Of a DNA stretch of 35,973 nucleotides, positions 32,743-35,973 are shown piece after piece. Source of the DNA: Octopus bimaculoides (taxonomy: Eukaryota); NCBI RefSeq assembly GCF_001194135.2, contig NC_068999.1:33559161-33595133 (forward strand), written 5' to 3'. Each line of letters begins with the position of its first letter. The stretch's first letter is position 1. The notes below the pieces were generated by a model. That model saw only the letters and a program-made list of their open reading frames with translations, was not told where the DNA came from and made no database searches. The position numbers were made by a program, and so were the translations under genes.

Positions 32743-32881
32743 GGTTTCAAGTTTTTGCACAAGACCAGCAATTTCGACGGAGTGGAGAAATCGACAACAT
32801 CAAATCCCAGTGTTCAACTGATACTTATTTTATCAATTTCGAATGAATGTAATGCAAAGTCGGCCTATGTGGAATTTGAAC
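32743..32881 (-). mobile_element. Old, 5'-truncated SINE family 1 copy, tail type a
   Basis: rc GTTCAAATTCCACATAGGCCGACTTTGC...GATAAAATAAGTATCAGTTGAACACTGGG...GTCTTGTGCAAAAACTTGAAACC. Confidence 0.7.
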
Positions 32882-33829
32882 ACGTGATTAGATGTCCCAT
32901 GATTGATTACGAAACATTATTATGAATGATAGGAAAAATTTAGCTCGCAATATAAGTCGGGAATTAAAAGTTACGAACACGTTGTTATTATTTCCGACTA
33001 CGGCTGTTGTTACATGGTAGATTAATTCTACTGCAAATCAAATGTCGTTTTCATCTTTTCTAATCAAAACTTTAGCAGTTTAATTGAACATATGCCTAAC
33101 ATTTGAAAGTATATGTTACTGCATTCGAAATGAAGTGGGAGATTTTATTTTGATGCTGACCATACAATATTAGTACAAAACGTGCTGCTTATGCATCACT
33201 GAAAAGAGTTCTCGTACCCAGCAACCTTAATAAATCGACAGACTAAATGTTAGATCCCATTTGCTAAATGTCACCAATCTAATAAGTTTCTATTGAAACA
33301 CTGGACGATTGAATTACCATTTTATTGAATAGATCAATACTTGCCTATTTCCCGGGAGAAGTCATAGTCTGTCTATTTTCTTTCCCTTATTTTAACTCAA
33401 TAAATAACATTGCTGATCTCTTACGGTCTCTGATCTTCATACCGTCACACCTAGTCCGCAACTCATTATCCCGTATGAAAACACATATTTTTTCACTTTT
33501 TTTACAATTAATTTTCTATATAAAACGCACTATACCGTATAACTAAGCAGACACTGATACCTTCATTTTTTCAACTTAATTAGTTCCCATTGCAATATAT
33601 TTTATTTATTCTTCAAGCAGAAAAATCATCCATAGCAATATTAGTTATACTCCTTAATATAACTATAAATCCAGGATGGAATTCAGGAATAACCCGAGGA
33701 AGATAATAATTTTTCATATATATTTCACTCGAATATCTACGACTTGCACGTGGGTAAATCGAATGTGTAGTTCTTCGATAATTGTCCAGGATTATTTGAC
33801 ATGAAAATCCGAGTTACGATGTATTATCA

Positions 33830-33992
33830 AAAACATATACATACATACATATCTACATACAAAAATATCCTGCTGATGTTGAAATCGCAATGAAGAAGTC
33901 TTGGATCTAGGTTAGAAACTGACTCTTTCTCTATTGGCGAGAAATCTTGAAATAAAAGTGAATAATGACATACATACATGCATGCATACATA
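33830..33992 (+). mobile_element. 3'UTR-only fragment of RLE non-LTR family C, embedded in (CATA)n
   Basis: 33874-33968 is homologous to rc of 34888-34981, which lies downstream of the RLE coding remnant at about 35140-35380; CATA repeats on both sides. Confidence 0.65.
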
Positions 33993-34403
33993 AGCGCAGG
34001 CGTGGCTGCATGGAAAGAATCTTGCCTCACAACCACATGATTCCGAGTTCAGTCCCACGGTGTGGCACCTTGGGCAAGTGTCTTCTACTTTAGCCTCAGG
34101 CGAACCAAAGCTTTGTGAATGCATTTGGTGAGGGAAACTGAAAGAAGTCCGACGCGTATATATTTATATATACGTGTGTGTGTGTGTGTGTCTTTGTGTT
34201 TGTGTTTGACCCCACATCATCGCTTCCCAACCAATGCTGGTTTGTTTACATACCCGTAATTTAGCAAAAGAAATCGATAGAATTAGTATTACGATTACAA
34301 AGAATAAATCCTGGGGTCGATTTCTTCGACTAAAACCCTTCAAGGCGGTGCTGCAGCATGGCCGCAGTAAAATGACTGAAACAAGTAAAAGAATAAAAGA
34401 ATA
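33993..34403 (+). mobile_element. SINE family 2, most complete copy: head + internal (TA)n(TG)n + 3' half + (GAATAAAA)n-like tail
   Basis: GCGCAGGCGTGGCTG...GAGTTCAGTCCC...CACCTTGGGCAAGTGTC...GAAAGAAGTCCG-(TA/TG)-...CTGGGGTCGATTTCTTCGACT...GGCCGCAGTAAAATGACTGAAACAAGTAAAAG. Confidence 0.88.
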
Positions 34404-34887
34404 CAAGAGTACACACAAATACAAGCACACACACACATATGTTACTGCATATATATATATATATACACACACGCATATATATGTATGTATATATGTATGT
34501 ATGTATANNNNNNNNNNNNNNNNNNNNNNNNNNNNNNNNNNNNNNNNNNNNNNNNNNNNNNNNNNNNNNNNNNNNNNNNNNNNNNNNNNNNNNNNNNNNN
34601 NNNNNNNNNNNNNNNNNNNNNNNNNNNNNNNNNNNNNNNNNNNNNNNNNNNNNNNNNNNNNNNNNNNNNNNNNNNNNNNNNNNNNNNNNNNNNNNNNNNN
34701 NNNNNNNCATATGTGTGCATATGTATGTATGTATATGGGTGCATGTGCTTACGTTTATATAATTATATATATGATGAACTGTGAAAAACGGCTTGGAATA
34801 TAGGAGGAGTTTGTAGAATTATTTACTGACCCCGAAAGACTTTGGTGACTTGTCATGTCTTCCAGCACACAATGAATTTTATGTACC

Positions 34888-35380
34888 TCATTATTCGGTT
34901 TATTTCAAGATTTCTTCCCAATACAGAAAGAACCTGTCTCTAACCTAAATCCAAGGCTCCTTCATTAGAATTTCAACATCAACTACAGGTACACATATAT
35001 ATATATATATATGTATGTTTGTGCGTATGTATGTATGTTTGTATGTATATATGTGTGTGTGTATGTATATATGTGCAGATTTGTATGTTTTATGTATGTA
35101 TTATCATGCATATAATTGCATATCTAGACGTGCTCATATATATTTAAATGATAAACTTCTGGAAATTTTCACAGAATTTTACAGTTCCAGTGATGAATTG
35201 GATCTGGAGTCTCCGAATTAGCTTTCTACTTTCTGGTTTTGAGAAGCCTAATTACGCAAAATTGGTATTTAGGCAGTGTGTTACAATATCCCAGGGCTCC
35301 AACAATTACAGGTATAAAGCTGAACTTGTAATCTGGATAAAGTAACTACAGATTTCTCAGTAGTTCAACATAGGTGTTCT
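34888..35380 (-). mobile_element. 3' end of RLE-type non-LTR element family C (RLE C-terminus plus 3'UTR with an internal CATA-rich tract)
   Basis: rc translation YVELLRNL*LLYPDYKFSFIPVIVGALGY then (frameshift) VTHCLNTNFA*LGFSKPESRKLIRRLQIQFITGTV; the IPVIVGALG...GT motif is shared with the R4-type C-termini of A1/A2. Confidence 0.75.
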
Positions 35381-35419
35381 CTTTTTCACTGATCTTCAGC
35401 TTTATGTTAACATCCGCTG

Positions 35420-35479
35420 CATGTATGTACGTATGTATGTATGCATGTATGTATGTATGTATGTATGTATGTATGTATG

Positions 35480-35538
<59 letters not shown>

Positions 35539-35540
35539 GT
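35420..35540. repeat. Compound (ATGT)n-(CTAT)n microsatellite
   Basis: Direct inspection. Confidence 0.92.
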
Positions 35541-35973
35541 GTGTGGCTGTGTGCGTGCATGTGTGTGTATTTGCTTTGAATTGTTTGGTTTTTATTCAGC
35601 TAGTCTGCATAATATTATATCAATTTATATTGCTCTTAGCTATCACTTTATTGAGCTCTTTGGTAGAATCCTGCAAAAAAAACAAAACAAAAAACAAAAA
35701 CATTTTTGTCCCGTATTGAGAAATATTTATAAATTTCGACGCCACACACACAATCACTTATCCATTGACAGGCGCATAGACACACAGACACAGACACAGA
35801 CACACACATACACAGACACACACACTCACAGACACACACAAACACTAATCATAGTACACGCATCAGAGAACACGAGCACTCACGCAAGGAACTGTCATTT
35901 ATAAAATCCAACTAGAATATGGCATCATTGCTATAATATATAGACCTTCATCATCATCATCATCGCCCACCCT

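Noticed and set aside
35185-35225. GTGATGAATTGGATCTGGAGTCTCCGAA as a hammerhead
   Set aside because: Core is incomplete, and the sequence is the antisense of RLE coding sequence (LIRRLQIQFITGT)

Overview
Repeat-saturated, AT-rich animal genomic DNA from a draft assembly with 9 N-gaps, 8 of them flanked by (AT)n-type runs. The SINE and microsatellite content suggests a coleoid cephalopod such as Octopus; this is inference only. No host protein-coding gene is confidently recognisable, and almost all ORF-track entries are microsatellite or gap artefacts. Recognisable content: (1) a decayed Penelope-like retroelement (RT, thumb, Cys-linker) at 126-1900; (2) six fragments of R4/Dong-type restriction-like-endonuclease non-LTR retrotransposons from about three subfamilies, four of them starting directly behind (AAT)n arrays on the same strand, plus a separate family associated with (CATA)n; (3) two modular tRNA-like SINE families, one non-tRNA interspersed repeat and a hAT-type MITE; (4) three unrelated minimal type I hammerhead ribozyme motifs. 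One has an intact catalytic core and sits inside a tRNA-headed, TSD-flanked SINE-like insertion (12035-12285); this is the most interesting object in the window. Also seen: an 80-nt near-perfect hairpin, an isolated 26-bp direct repeat and a few weak exon or promoter candidates.
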